A stretch of 64,000 bases of DNA from Mobula hypostoma (Eukaryota), in the NCBI RefSeq assembly GCF_963921235.1, contig NC_086097.1:43030001-43094000 (forward strand). The letters are read 5' to 3'. Positions within the stretch are counted from its first letter, which is position 1. Each line of letters starts with the position of its first letter. Shown here piece by piece: positions 11,993-24,745 of this stretch. A program made the position numbers and the translations under genes. The notes under the pieces were generated by a model, which worked only from the letters and a program-made list of their open reading frames with translations, was not told the origin of the DNA and made no database searches.

Positions 11993-13386
11993 CAGACATC
12001 CCACCTCTCCTGGGAGTTCCGGGAGTCTCCCGCATATCGATAGCGGCTCCCTGATGCCCACAAATTATATACAATATCCTGGAAATCGATTATTTAGAGA
12101 GGGAGAGGGGAAACAAAGAAAGAAAATGAATGAATCCTGCTTGATCTCTCTTTCTGCTAAGTAGACCTATCAGTTTTCTCTGTGGGCGGGCTTTACAGTC
12201 AACCTCTCTCTCTCTTCCATATTCCATCAGTTCAGTTACTGTCATCTGTAATGACGCTGAAATCATCCGGACAACTGTTGGTGATGAAGTACAAAAGCCT
12301 GGCGAAGAAATTCCCAAGGCTGATGGTGACAACCTGACTATGCGAGGCTGTCCTATACGGGCGGGGCGCGTCGGCGTCTTAAAGGGGATTAGAGCGGGGT
12401 TTAAATTGGAACGAAATTCCAAAATTGTCCGCTAAGACATCTTTAAAAACGCGCTCGCAGCAAGCAAGTTCTTCAGGGTTTTTTTCCTGAAACACTTCCA
12501 CTTACAGGTACATCGAAGCCCGCAATGGGCTGGGTTTAAGCGAAGCCGTTTTCAGAAGAAAAACCGATTTTAATAAATACCCAGCCCACACCGAGGTCTC
12601 GTCATTAGGACAGCGAACTGTTTACCAGTGCTGCGCACTTTATATGCAATTTGAATTACACTTTATTAAATAATATGGTAATATATTGTTTTATGTGGTG
12701 TGCATGATATATGTATTGTGGCTACACCGTGGTCCGGACAGAGGTTGTTTCGTTTGTGGACAATCAGCCAGATGACAATAAACTTGAACTTGAAGATACA
12801 GAACTTCTAAATCACTCATTTAAAATCCCCCATTTCGATGTAAAAAAGTAAGTTCTGATCCCGACTATTGCAGGCAATGTGTGTGTGTGACTACGGACGT
12901 ATATGCGATCGAACATTGTCTAAATGGACGTAAAGCGACGCACACCTGTAATAAGGATACACCTTATGCTTTTATTTCTTTTAGGGACCACAACATATTA
13001 GGGAGGCTAAGCACAGGGAAGGCTGCTCAAGTATTTCACAGTTCTTTTCAGCAGAAAACCGAAGTCTGACAGAGAAGGTCACTAGAGCTGAGGTGTACTT
13101 TACATCTTTCATCGTTGAGCATAACCTGCCATTCCAGGTGTGTAAGCACAGAGGCAAGCTATTCAGGAAAATGTTTCCTGATTCAGAAATAGCAAACAAC
13201 TATGCCTGCTCATCAACCAAAACAGCAGCTATTGTGAACATGGCACATTAAGACAGAATTCAGAAGTCAGCTATCTCACAAAACACTTGTGAATCTGATG
13301 TCTTGCAAAATTAACAGATTCATTGACACAGACTGCTATGAGGTTGAGATCTCCCTGAAATGAGTTTTTGCAGGGTGGGATGTCTG
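11993..13386 (+). mobile_element. Internally deleted hAT-like DNA transposon with 13-bp TIR and 6-bp TSD
   Basis: TIR CAGACATCCCACC / GGTGGGATGTCTG; TSD GATTCT; remnant KVTRAEVYFTSFIVEHNLPF...KLFRKMFPDSEIANNYACSSTKTAAIV at about 13075-13240. Confidence 0.82.
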
Positions 13387-16300
13387 GATTCTGCCATTTT
13401 CTCAGGACTGGTAGCTAGGTTGGTGGTTTACTGTCATTCCTTTCTTCATCTCCCCACCCTATTTCTTTAATAGGGTTATATTTTCCCTCTTTTAATCTGC
13501 AGGAACCATCTGAGAATATATGGGAATTATAAAATTTTGAAAGATGATAATCATTGCATCCACTATTGATATAGCTTGAGATATATGAACTTTTAGTACA
13601 GTGTAACCAATGTATAACCAAGTTTCCTTCATTTCTGGTTCTTTCTCATTCTTTCTTGGTATTTCTGGTAGTTTTTTCTTTTTCTCAAAGGTAAACAAAG
13701 TATTTATTTAATTTCTTTGCTGTTTCATTACAACCCTTTACATTTTCTTGCCTCTATCACAGCCATGCATTTGGCATTACTGGTCTTTTGTTTTATGCAT
13801 TACAGAAGTTCTTGCAGTCACCTTTCCCCCTTTTTTCATGTGTCTTGCCAGTTTATTCTCTTTTTCTAATTTTCCTTTAGTAATTTCTTGGCCCTACTTT
13901 GCTGAGTTCAAAAACAGCCCCATTCCTCAGGCCTACTGCTACTTTCAGCAATTTTATAAGCCATGTATTTCCTTGGGAACAAATATTGCTAAATTTAACT
14001 TATTTTTAACTTGACAAGAATTAACCATTGTGTTACATCTATTGTTTTATCTGCGAGTCACTAAGTTTTCCCTATTTAGAAAAATAACATGGCATTCTTA
14101 GCGCTCATAAATGGCAAGCCCAGTACTTAATGTCCATGATTAATCATCCTTGAAGATGATTGTCATTGGTGTGTTGAACCAATGCAATTCTGAGGACAAA
14201 GGTATTATGGACATTGCCTTGAAAAAGTATTCAGCCCCTGCAACAATTTTCACATTTTACTGTCTCATTTTCTAAATTTAAAATATATTGAAATAATATT
14301 TTTGAGCGAATATACAAAAGATTGTGCATCATGTCAAATCAAAAGAAAAATTCCAAAACCTGACAACAATTTACTAAAAATTAAAAACCAAAGTGGTGAG
14401 ACTGGAAAAAGTATTCATCCCCTTTGTAATTACTGTACTAACTTTTCTCAGGTGCAATATGCTGGACAGTATTACCTTACAAAATCACCCAATTTGTTGG
14501 TGTAGAAAATTGGAGGCTTGTCTATTTTCAATGAATTCATAAGAATAAATGTCCTATCTCTCTGTAAAGTCCAACAATATGGTAGATTTTTGACAGGCCA
14601 AACCAAAATGAAGACAAAAGAGCATTAAAGACTATTTAGGGAAATGATAATAGAGAAGCACAAATCTGGGGAAGGGTACAGGATCATCTCAAAGGCACTG
14701 AACATACCCCGGAGCTCAGTGCAGTCCGTCATGAAAAAGTGGAAAAAATATGAAGCTACAGTCACACTGCCTAGGCCAGGCCACCCCTCAAAACTTAGTC
14801 AATGGAGAAGAATGACACTTGAAAGAGAGGCTACGATGTCACCAACAGTCACTCTGAGTGAGCTGCGGATGTCAGTGGCTGCAACTGGAGATGAAGTTCA
14901 TGACTCCACAATCTCTGTAAGACCTTGCACAGAAAGAGCACTTATGGAAGAGAGGTAAGGAAGTAACTCCCTGGTTTAAAGAAAAGCATACCCTTACCCA
15001 TGAAGTCATAGGACCTGCTGTAAAGAAGTGGTGAGACTAAAGTGGAACTTTTTGGCCTCAATGCTAAGCAGTACGTGTGACATAAATCTAATACTGCACA
15101 TCAGGTAACACCACCCCTACTGTAAAATGTGGTGGAGTAGCATATTGCTATGGGGATGCTTGTCAGCAGCAGGGACTAGAAATCTGGTCGGGGTTGATGG
15201 GAAGATGAATGCTGCTAAATACAGGGAGATGCTGGATATAAACCTGCTGGCCTCTGCCAGAAAGCTTTAACTGGGGAGGAAGAACAAACCAAAGCACACT
15301 GTCAGCAACCACAGAGTAGCTTCAAATGAAGAAAGATGATGTCCTTGAGTGGCCCAGTCAGAGTCCTGATCTGAACCCAATTGAACATCTCTGGCAAGAT
15401 TTCAAGATTGCTGTCCACCATCACTCCCCAACTAATCTGGCACAGCTCCAGCAATTTTGCAAAGAAGGAATGGGCAATCCTGCTCCATCATGTTGTCCAG
15501 AACTTATAAAGACTTATCCAAAAAGACTACTTCTGTAATAGCTGCAGGAGGTAGTTCAAGCTGAGCAGAGGAGGATGAATACCTTTGAACTGCTGACATT
15601 TCAGTTTTTGAATTTCTAGTTTTTCAATTTTCCCTGGTTTTTTTGGGCTGTACTCTGGGTGGTGGGGGGAGGGGGTGTGGAAGGAGAATGTGATTCACAA
15701 ATAAAAATTCTCAGTTAAATTGATCAAAATCCCTGGTTTAATACCCATTTATGTGAACAAAGGGTTGTGGGGCTGAATACTTTTTTGAAGTACATTTATG
15801 TCACCGTATACCATCCTGAGGTTCATTTTCTTGCAGCATACTCAGTAAATCCATAATCATCACAATCAATGAAAGACTACAGCAACTAGAGTATTCAACC
15901 AGTGTGCAGAAGACAACAAACTGTACACATACAAAAAGAAAGAAATAATAAATAAATAAGCAATACATATCAAAAACATAAGATGAAGAGTCATTGAAAG
16001 TCAGTCCATATATTTGTGGGAATATTTCAATGATAAGGCAAGTGAAGTTGAGTGGTTATCCCTTTGGTTCAAGATCCTGATGGTTGAGGGGCGGTAACTG
16101 TTACCGAATCTGGTGGTGCGAGTCCTGAGGCTCCTGTACCACCTTCCTGATGATGATAGCGTGAAGAGAGCATGTCCTGGGTGGTGGTGGGGAGGGGGGG
16201 AAGATAAAAGATGCTGCGTTCCTGTGACAGCATATCATGTAGATATGCTCAATGGTGGGGAGGGCTTTACCTGTGATGGGCTGGGCCATATCCACTACTC

Positions 16301-17788
16301 TTATCAGATTTTCTGTTCAAGGGCATTGGTGTTTCCATGCCAGGCTATGATGCAGCCAATCAGTATACTCTCCTCTACACATCTACAGAAGCTTGTCAAA
16401 GTTTTGGTTGTCATGCTGAATCTGTGCTCACTTCTAAGGAAGTAGAGGCACTGCTGTGATTTCTTCATAACTGCACATGTGTTGGGCCAGGAGAGGTCCT
16501 CCAAAATGTTAACATCGAGGAATTTAATGTTGCTGACCCTCTCCAACTTTGACCTTCTGAGGACTAGCTCATGGACCTCTGGTTTCCTTCTCCTTGGTCT
16601 TGCAACATTGAGAAAGGGGTTGTTGTTATGGCACCACTTAGCCAGATTTTCAATCTCCATCGTGTGTGCTGATTCATCACCACCTTTGGGGTTTCAGCCT
16701 ACAACAGTACATATTCAAGTTACCGTCTTTGATTCGGCCGACTAGTGGTGTCGTCAGCATACTTGAATGTGTCATTGGAGCTGTGCTTAGCCACACAGTC
16801 ATACGTGTACAACAGGGGCTAAGCACACAGCCTTGCAGTGCACCTGTGCTGATAGAGATTGTAGAGAAAATGCTATTGCCAATCTGAACTGACTAGTGTC
16901 TGCAAGTGAGGAAATCGAGGATCCAATTGCACAAGGAAGTGACGAGGTCAAGGTCTTGGAGTTGTGGTCAATAAGGAACATCCTTATGTTTGTATCTTTG
17001 TTGATCAGATGTTCTAGGGTTGAGTGAAGAGCCAACAAGATGGCATCTGCTATGGACCTGTTGCTCCAGTTTTCAAATTGGAGCAGATCCAAACTGCTTC
17101 TCAGGCGGCAGATGATATGTTTCATCTCCAACCGCTCAAAACACTTCATCACTGTGGGTGTAAGTGCTACTGGACGATAGTCACAGAGGCAGGTTACCAA
17201 GTTTTTCTCAGGCACTGATATAATTGAAGCCTGCTAGAAGCAGGTGGGTACCTCAGACTGCCAAAGTGAGAGGTTAAAGATCTCAGTGAACACTCTTGCC
17301 AGTTGATCAGCACAGGATTTTAGTACTTGGCCAGGTACTCCATCTGGGCTGGATGCTTTTTGTGGTTTCACCCTCCTGAAGGCTGCTCACACATCAGCCT
17401 CAGAGACTGAAATCACAGGATCATCAGGGGCTTTGGGAGTATGTGATGGTTCCTGCATGTTTTGACAGTCAAAGTGAGCACAGATGGCATTGAGCTCATT
17501 AGAAATCAAAGTCCTGTTGTCACCAGTGTTGCTTGATTTAACTTTTTACGCAGCACAATCCACAGACTCAGAGCAATCCTGTATCTCCTCCTCTGCTCCC
17601 ACAGCACCTTTTTGTTGTCCTAATCTCCGGAGTGTTGTTCTTTAGCCTCTGCCTGTATCCAGGTAGGAGAAGGGCTGCCAAGTGATCCAATTTACTGAAA
17701 TGTGGCCTGGACATGGAACAGTAGGTACTCCTTATCTTAGCATAACAATGGTCTAGAGTGTGGGGGCCTTTGGTGCTACAGGTTATAT

Positions 17789-18040
17789 AGGGAAGGTACG
17801 TCGCATTTCTCCGGTTAGCGGACGATTTCCCACCACGCCTCTCTGACGTAGTGGGGAACCGCATACGAGGCAAGTTACAGCAGTGGTTTGCCATTACCTT
17901 CTGTTGGGTGAGTTTCCAAAGAGATCACCAGCATGTGACCCAGCACGGATGGAAAGCGTGCAGGGGAGCTGGCCGGATTTGAACTCAGGACCTTTTGCCC
18001 TGAAGTCTGGCACTGTTGCCATTACGCCACCAGCCAGGTC
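17789..18040 (-). mobile_element. tRNA-derived SINE with RTE-like body
   Basis: Minus strand: A box TGGCGTAATGG, B box GAGTTCAAATCC, RTE-like AGAAGGTAATGGCAAACCACTG; flanked by imperfect ACAGGTT(T)ATA repeats. Confidence 0.7.
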
Positions 18041-18360
18041 ATCACAGGTTTATACTGATGATAATTAGGCAGGGTTTTCTTCAAGTCTAGTTGAAGTCCC
18101 TGACTATAACTTGAAATGCATTAGGATGGATTGTATCTTGTTTGGCAATGGCATCGTGCAATATCTTAAGCATTTGATTATAGTCAGCCACTGGTGGTAT
18201 GTTACCTGTGGTCAGGATTATGGGGAGAGCTCTCTAGATAAGCAGAATGGACTGCATTTGATCATTAGGTGTTCAAGGTCGGGGCAACATGAGTTTATCA
18301 AAACTGCCACATTGGAGCACCACCGAGAGTCTTATCGTGAAACACACACCTCTTCCTTGA

Positions 18361-18516
18361 CATAGACATAGACATAGAAAATAGGTGCAGGAGTAGGCCA
18401 TTCGGCCCTTCGAGCCTGCACTGCCATTCAGTACGATCATGGCTGATCATCCAACTCAGAACCCTGTACCAGCCTTCCCCCCATACCCCCTGATCCCTTT
18501 AGCCACAAGGGCCATA
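18361..18516 (-). mobile_element. CR1 3' end with (CTATGT)n tail
   Basis: CATAGA repeats followed by the reverse complement of a CR1 3' UTR. Confidence 0.75.
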
Positions 18517-18581
18517 TTACCTTTTCTTAATCAGTAGTTTGGCTCATTCGGTAAGTCAAGAAGCCTTCTGGTTTGATCGCT

Positions 18582-19217
18582 GGGGGAGGAGAAGATGGCG
18601 GCGCGGCCACTCTTAAATGATATCGTATTTGTTAAATAGGGGCCGTGCACAATCCTGATTTGATGGAGACAGACGTGAGAAGCACAGAGGAACATCTGGA
18701 GAAACTTCTGAAATGCCCGCTTTGCTGCTGCTGCTACTGTGCGATCGAGAATTTCCAGAGGGGAAGGCCCCAAATCCTCGGCTTTGCCTATTGCCTGTTG
18801 CTGGGGCCGGGGTCGAAGCACTTGGCAAGGATGGTGTTCGGTGTCGGAAGGCTGGTTGGAGGCTCGAAGTTTTCGGACGGACTTAGTGGTCGGGTGTTTC
18901 CAGCGTGCTGCATTGGCAAGTTTGCGGTGCTGGAGGTTCATGGCAGGGAGAGTTTTTCTTCCTTCTACCATCTGTGTGAGATGATTGGACTTTCGAGAGA
19001 CTTTGAGACTTTTATTTTACCGCGCCCATGGTCTGTTCTTATCAAATTACGGTATTGCTTTGCACTGTTGTAACTATATGTGGTCTTTGTCAGCTTTTCA
19101 GTCTTGTTTGTCTTGTGTTTCTGTAATATCATTCTAGAGGAACATTGTATAATTTCTTAATGCATGCATTACTAAATGACAATAAAAGAGGACTGCATGT
19201 CCTCATAATCTAATCTA
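18582..19217 (+). mobile_element. Non-coding retroposon with AAGATGGCGG head and (TCTAA)n tail, copy 2
   Basis: Homologous to 1543-2175. Confidence 0.8.
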
Positions 19218-20539
19218 TCTGGTGTGCTGGAAGAAAGCCACATCTCACACATAGAACACACCAATATCTCATTTCTCTCCGATACAGCAGTCTTTCCCTC
19301 AATTCCTGAATTTTGTTCTCCAATGACTTTACATTTGCTAACAAGATGCTGGGTAGAGGGGGCCTCATCTCTCTGTGTTTCAGCCTGGTTTGGAGTCACC
19401 AGCCCTCCTGCCTCACTTCCAGTCATGGCAATGGCAATGTAAGGCACTGTAATAAGATAGTCTTGGAATTTGATTCTGCAGTTAAGTGAAGGTGGTTTGT
19501 AGCTTTAAGTGGAATTTGCAGTGTTGATTTTCTCTGTGCCCTCTATCCTTACAGATGGTATAGTTTGTGGACTAAGAAGAGATTATTGAAGAAACCTTGC
19601 CAGATTGATGCAGTGCATTTTTTTTCAGATAGTATTGCAGCCATAGGGTGGAGGTTGTAAATTTTCAGGGTTCAGAATAGGATCTCTTTGGTTGGGCTTT
19701 TTCTGAATGATATTTTTGTTTGGGGGGAAAATAATTTTTTTATCATCCCATGGCAGTTACTTTGAGACTGGATGCATGGCGTTGAAGTTCTACTTGTCCA
19801 TGAAGAAACCAACAAGGACAGCCTGCTTTTCAATCAGCCCAAGGTCTTTGTGCTTCTTTGAAAGTTCTCATAATGAGTCATTCTGTCAAATAGCTTTGAT
19901 AGTCTACTTGGGAACCATCTATCAGGATCCACTCTTGCCCAAAGGTCCTTCAGAGGTATTCTGTAAAGACTATTGTTTGACTGGTCAAAGTGTTTTCCTG
20001 TGCAGTTTTCTACAGTGGACAAGTCACTGTCCAACTGAATGGAACATCGCATGGCAATATGGTCCCATCCATCTGTTGTGGACTTGGAAAATCACTTGCC
20101 CAACTTCGTTGTCAACACAAACTAAAACTTAAGTCTCCTAATTCACAGAAGGAGAGGGAGGCCTATTCAGCTTACTAATATACCGTACCTGCTTCTTGCT
20201 TGTTTGAACAAAATACTTTATACATATTTAGAGATAAGCTGCAGCATCTTCACCAATGCACTGGCATTTAATTATTAATTCTTGACCAATCTAAGACAAG
20301 ACAGTGCATGATTAATGGCTGCTTCTTCCCTACACAATTTCATGTGCCTTACAGAACTGTGCCTCTGGTTGGAGCCTGGTGCAGTCACAATGACAGTATG
20401 CCTTTGTTGAGATAAGGCCTTTGATGTATGAGGCTCATTATATTCAATTATCACATTCCTTGAGGGGCCTTCTTATCTGCTCAAACCAGGTCTGACTGAC
20501 TTAGTGGAGTAAAAGAACACTTTTCATCTTGCTCATAAG

Positions 20540-20670
20540 AGATTCTGCAGATTCCAGAAATCTTGAACAACACATAAAATGCTGCAGGAAGTTGACATGT
20601 CAAGCAGCATCTATGGAAGGAAATAAACCATTGATGTTTATTCCCCTTCATAAATGCTGCTTGCAACTTT
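20540..20670. repeat. Older palindromic Penelope-derived fragment
   Basis: TCTGCAGATTCCAGAAATC...AAATGCTGCAGGAAG..CAGCATCTATGG resembles the reverse arm of the 8599/11042 family. Confidence 0.5.
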
Positions 20671-20774
20671 GTGTTTCTTTGTCTTGCACTGTATTTTATA
20701 GCATGGTATACAAAATATTCTTTACACTATTTTTCCTGGGTTCATGGTTGTATTGCCTCATGTACTTTGCAACA

Positions 20775-22000
20775 CAGTGGTCCCCAACCACCAGGCCACG
20801 GACCGGTATCGGGCCACAAAGCATGCGCTACCGGGCTGCGAGGAAACTATATGATTTGGCAATAGGAATCAGCTGCACCTTTCCTCATTCCCTGTCATGG
20901 CCACTGTTGAGCCATTACGCATGTGGGGTCATTACCCACGCGTCATCCATGTCAGCGCGGGAAGAAGATCAACTCGAGCTTGCAATGACGGCGGGCTGAA
21001 AAGTATGTTTAACATAACATCTCTGCCGGCATTCTGGATCAAAGTCAAGGCTAAATATCCTGAGATAGCCACGAAAGCACTGAAAACGTTGCTTCCATTG
21101 CCAACATATCTCTGCAATGAATGCAACAAAAAACTAAATTGCAGAATAGACTGGACATACGGAACCCTCTTCGAGTATCGCTGTCTCCCATCATCCCTCG
21201 ATAGGACCGTGTTGTTGCAGGGAAACAAGCCCAGGGCTCCCACTAATTCAGCGATATTGGTGTGTTGAAATGATTTTATATGTTCATACAGGGAAAATAT
21301 GTGCTGTGTGTTTAATATCCAAACGATACTTAAAATGTTATGATGCTACTGACTTATAAGTGACTTATATAACCATATAGCAATTACAGCACGGAAACAG
21401 GCCATCTCTGCCTTTCTAGTCCGTGCCGAACACTTACTCTCACCTAGTCCCACCAGCCTGCACTCAGCCCATGACCCTCCATTCCTTTCCTGTCTATTTA
21501 CCTATCCAATTTTTCTTTAAATGATAATATTGAACCTGCTTCTGCCACTTCTACTGGAAGTTCATTCAACACTTACTTCAAGCTCCCCTGTCCTCCCCTG
21601 CTAATTGACTTATCACTGTATTCATGCAAGGAAAATATGCGCTGTGTGTTTAATATTAAATTCGTTAGATAAACCCTTTTAGAAACGAAATTGAGTGTAT
21701 TAGCCACTTATCACCTATATTCCGGTTGTGATTAACACCCCCCCCCGAACAGAATCACCAAAAACGATTTGCAGAAAAAAAATCGGCAGGTACACGCATG
21801 CGCAGGTCACACATGTGCACTGGTGCCCGCAGAAGACTTCATGGTCATTGTAGTCTTTTCTGGGTAAACACAACATATTTGACTGTTACTCTTGTCCGTT
21901 GGCAATCCAACACCCCCCCCCCCACCCCGGGTCGGCCGGTCTGCAAGAATATTGTCAATATTAAACCAGTCCACAGTGCAAAAAAGGTTGGAGACCCCTG
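20775..22000 (+). mobile_element. Second copy of the Charlie/Buster-type hAT element, opposite orientation
   Basis: Ends CAGTGGTCCCCAACC / GGTTGGAGACCCCTG; SLPAFWIKVKAKYPEIATKALKTLLP; no matching TSD visible. Confidence 0.88.
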
Positions 22001-22825
22001 ACCTGGGATAAATAGAACTTGTCACTCTGCTGTGTAGTGATAGTATATCCTTGGTGACACAAAGAACTTGATGCAGCTGCACACATTGGAATCAAGGTCA
22101 CTTTGTGTATATTGTTTTCCTTCCCTTTTGTCTGGAGACTTGAACATTGCCACTATGACCTATTTTGGTCCACTGGATGAAATGGGCTATGGCTCAGGTG
22201 ATTGCTGCAAGCCAGCAGCAAAGTACAAGGCCACACCTACACCACAGAATGGGATGAAAGCCTTGCACCTATTAACCAGGTTATTTTCCACAGATGAGGT
22301 GCAGTGCTGCTTCCACATTTCCAATATCTGTTTCACCTTGGCAATGAGTTCCTGCTGCATTCAATAGCTCTTCTGAACTTCGTATTTATCTTTCACAGCG
22401 GTATACCAGTGTCCGACCTGGTTCTGTCATTGAAGAAATAGTGTACATAGTCCAGTTAAGAATCTGATCAGTGATATCCTCAGTGTGATGATGGTGGAGA
22501 AATAAATACAAGACTATTCTCTTGTTTGACAATGAGCATCACTTTGTATTTTTGTTGACTTATAACATCAACGATGCTAAAGCATGAATGCTTATCAGGA
22601 ACAAAATGTACTTTTATCTGAAGGGCTGTGACCAGAAATTCAGTTTTGCCAGTATTCCTATTTATTACTTCAGGAAAGAGGTATGGGAATTTATGAAACA
22701 AACTAAGATGATCAGGTTTGCAATACTGTCATGAGGATCTCCATGAGCAAGTTGCTGAAATGTGACTAACCTCTAATCCTCTTTGTGCTAATTATGACTC
22801 CAGTTGAATTTTCTGCTCACCCAGA

Positions 22826-24745
22826 TTGGGCACAAGTCTTCCCACCATCGAGGACATTTTCCAGAGGCAGGACATTAAGAAGGCAGCATCCATCATTAAG
22901 GACCCTCACCATCCAGGACATGCTTTCTCACAATTACTGCCATTAGGGTGCAGGTATAGGAGCCTGAAGACCCACATATATCTTAGGAACAGCTTCTTCC
23001 CCCCTGCCATCAGATTTCTAAATGGCCCATGATCAACTGGCTGGAGTGTTCACTGAGATCTTTAACCTCTTGCTTCGGCAGTCTGAGGTATCCGCCTGCT
23101 TCAAACAGGCTTCAGTTATACCGGTGCCTGAGAAGTACGTGGTGACCTGCTTCAATGACTATCATCCAGAGGCACTTACATCCACAGTGATGAAGTGTTT
23201 TGAAAGGTTGTTAATGAAATATATTAACCCCTCACTGAGAAGCAATTTGGATCTGCTCCAATTTGCCTACAGGCACAACAGATTCCCATCAGGTGCCATT
23301 TCATTGACTTTTCACTCAACTATGAAACATTTGGACGGCAAAGATGCATGCACCAGGAAACTCTTTATCGACTACAGTTTGGCATTCACTACCATCATCG
23401 CCTCAAAACTAATCAATGAGCTTCAAACCCTCAGTCTCAATACTCCTTTGTACAATTGGATCCTTGATTTCCTCACTTGCAGACCCCAGTCAGTTTGGAT
23501 TAGCAACAATATCTCCTCCACAATCAGCCATCAGCACAGGTGTACCACAATGCTGTGTACTTAGCCCCCTTACACATATGTCTGTGTGGTTAAGCACAGT
23601 TTCAATGCCATAATTAAGTTTGATGACACCACTGTTGTAGGCCAAACCAAAAGTAGTGATGGATCATTGTATAGGAGGGAGATTGAAAATCTGGCTGAGT
23701 GGTACCAAAACAAAGGTTCTTGTAAATCAACAACCCTTTACTCAATGTCCGCAAGACCAAGGAGCTGATTAGTGACTTCAGAGGTAGGAAACCAGAGGTC
23801 CATGATCTAGTCCTCATCGTGGTGGAGAGGGTCAGCAACTTTATATTCCTTGGTGTTATAATTTCAGAGGCCTTGTCCTAGACCCAGCATGTAAGTGCAA
23901 TTATGAAGAAAGCACAGCAGTACCTCTGCTTCTTTAGAAGTTTGCAGAGATTTGGCGTGGCATCTAAAACTTTGACAAACTTCTATGGCTATGTGAAGGA
24001 GAGTATACTTACGAGCTGCATCAGCCTAGTATGGAAACACTAATGCCCTTGAATAGAAAATCCTACAAAAAGTAGTGAATAAGGTCCAGTCCATCAGGGG
24101 TAAAGCCCTCTCCACCATTGATCACATCTACACAGAGTGTCGTCACAGGAATGCAGTGTCCATCATCAGGGACCCCCATCACCCAGTCATGCTTTCTTCT
24201 TGCTGCTGCCATCAGGAAGAAGGTACAGGATCCTCAGGACTTACAGCAGCAGATTCAGGAGCAGTCATTACCCCTCAATCATCAGACTCTTAAATCCAAA
24301 GGGAATAGCTTCACGTGCCCCATCACTAAACTGTTCCCACAACCTATGGACTCACTTCCAAGGGCTCTTCATCTCGTTCTCGATACTTCTTGCTTATTCA
24401 TTCATTATTATTATTAATCTTTTTCTTCTGTTTTTGCACAGTTTGTTGTCCTTCGCACACAGGTTGGCCGCGCCGTAAGGTGCAGTCTGTCATTGATTCT
24501 ATTATGGTTATTGCATTTGTTTACTATACTTGCAGAAAACGAATCTTGGTTGTATATGGTGACATATATGTACTTTGATAATAAATTTACTTTGAACTTT
24601 GAATTCCTGAACACTACCTTGCTATTCCTTCTTGACCTGTTTATTTATTTTTATTTCAACTTGTAGAAATTTGTTATGTCTGCTTTGTACTGCTGCCTCA
24701 AAACAATTTAGTGTTAGTGACAATAAACTGGATACTGACTGCTGT
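22826..24745 (+). mobile_element. Rex1/Babar 3' fragment containing a nested Rex/Babar RT fragment (about 23030-24603, (TTTGAAC) tail)
   Basis: ORFs 22826-23032 and 23022-23564; the outer element's 3' UTR resumes after 24603. Confidence 0.8.

Larger units (their letters stand above)
15788..19330 (-). mobile_element. Degenerate Rex1/Babar-type LINE (endonuclease and RT)
   Basis: [27 protein letters not shown] and TLDHCY...PHFSKLDH motifs in minus-strand ORFs. Confidence 0.85.
14212..19449 (+). mobile_element. Tc1-like transposon with degenerate transposase; right TIR split by a LINE
   Basis: Left end CATTGCCTTGAAAAAGTATTCAGCCCC; HTH (KHKSGEGYRIISKAL) and WPSQSPDLNPIEHLW motifs; right TIR GGGGCTGAATACTTTTT (about 15770-15787) resumes as AAGGCACTG-TA at 19441. 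Confidence 0.85.

Noticed and set aside
17960..18038. tRNA gene on the minus strand
   Set aside because: A and B boxes run into a SINE body and tail; no complete cloverleaf evident.
19450..20500. 141-aa ORF at 19707 and neighbouring sequence as a missing KLHDC1 exon
   Set aside because: No kelch similarity; looks like very old repeat debris that I cannot classify.
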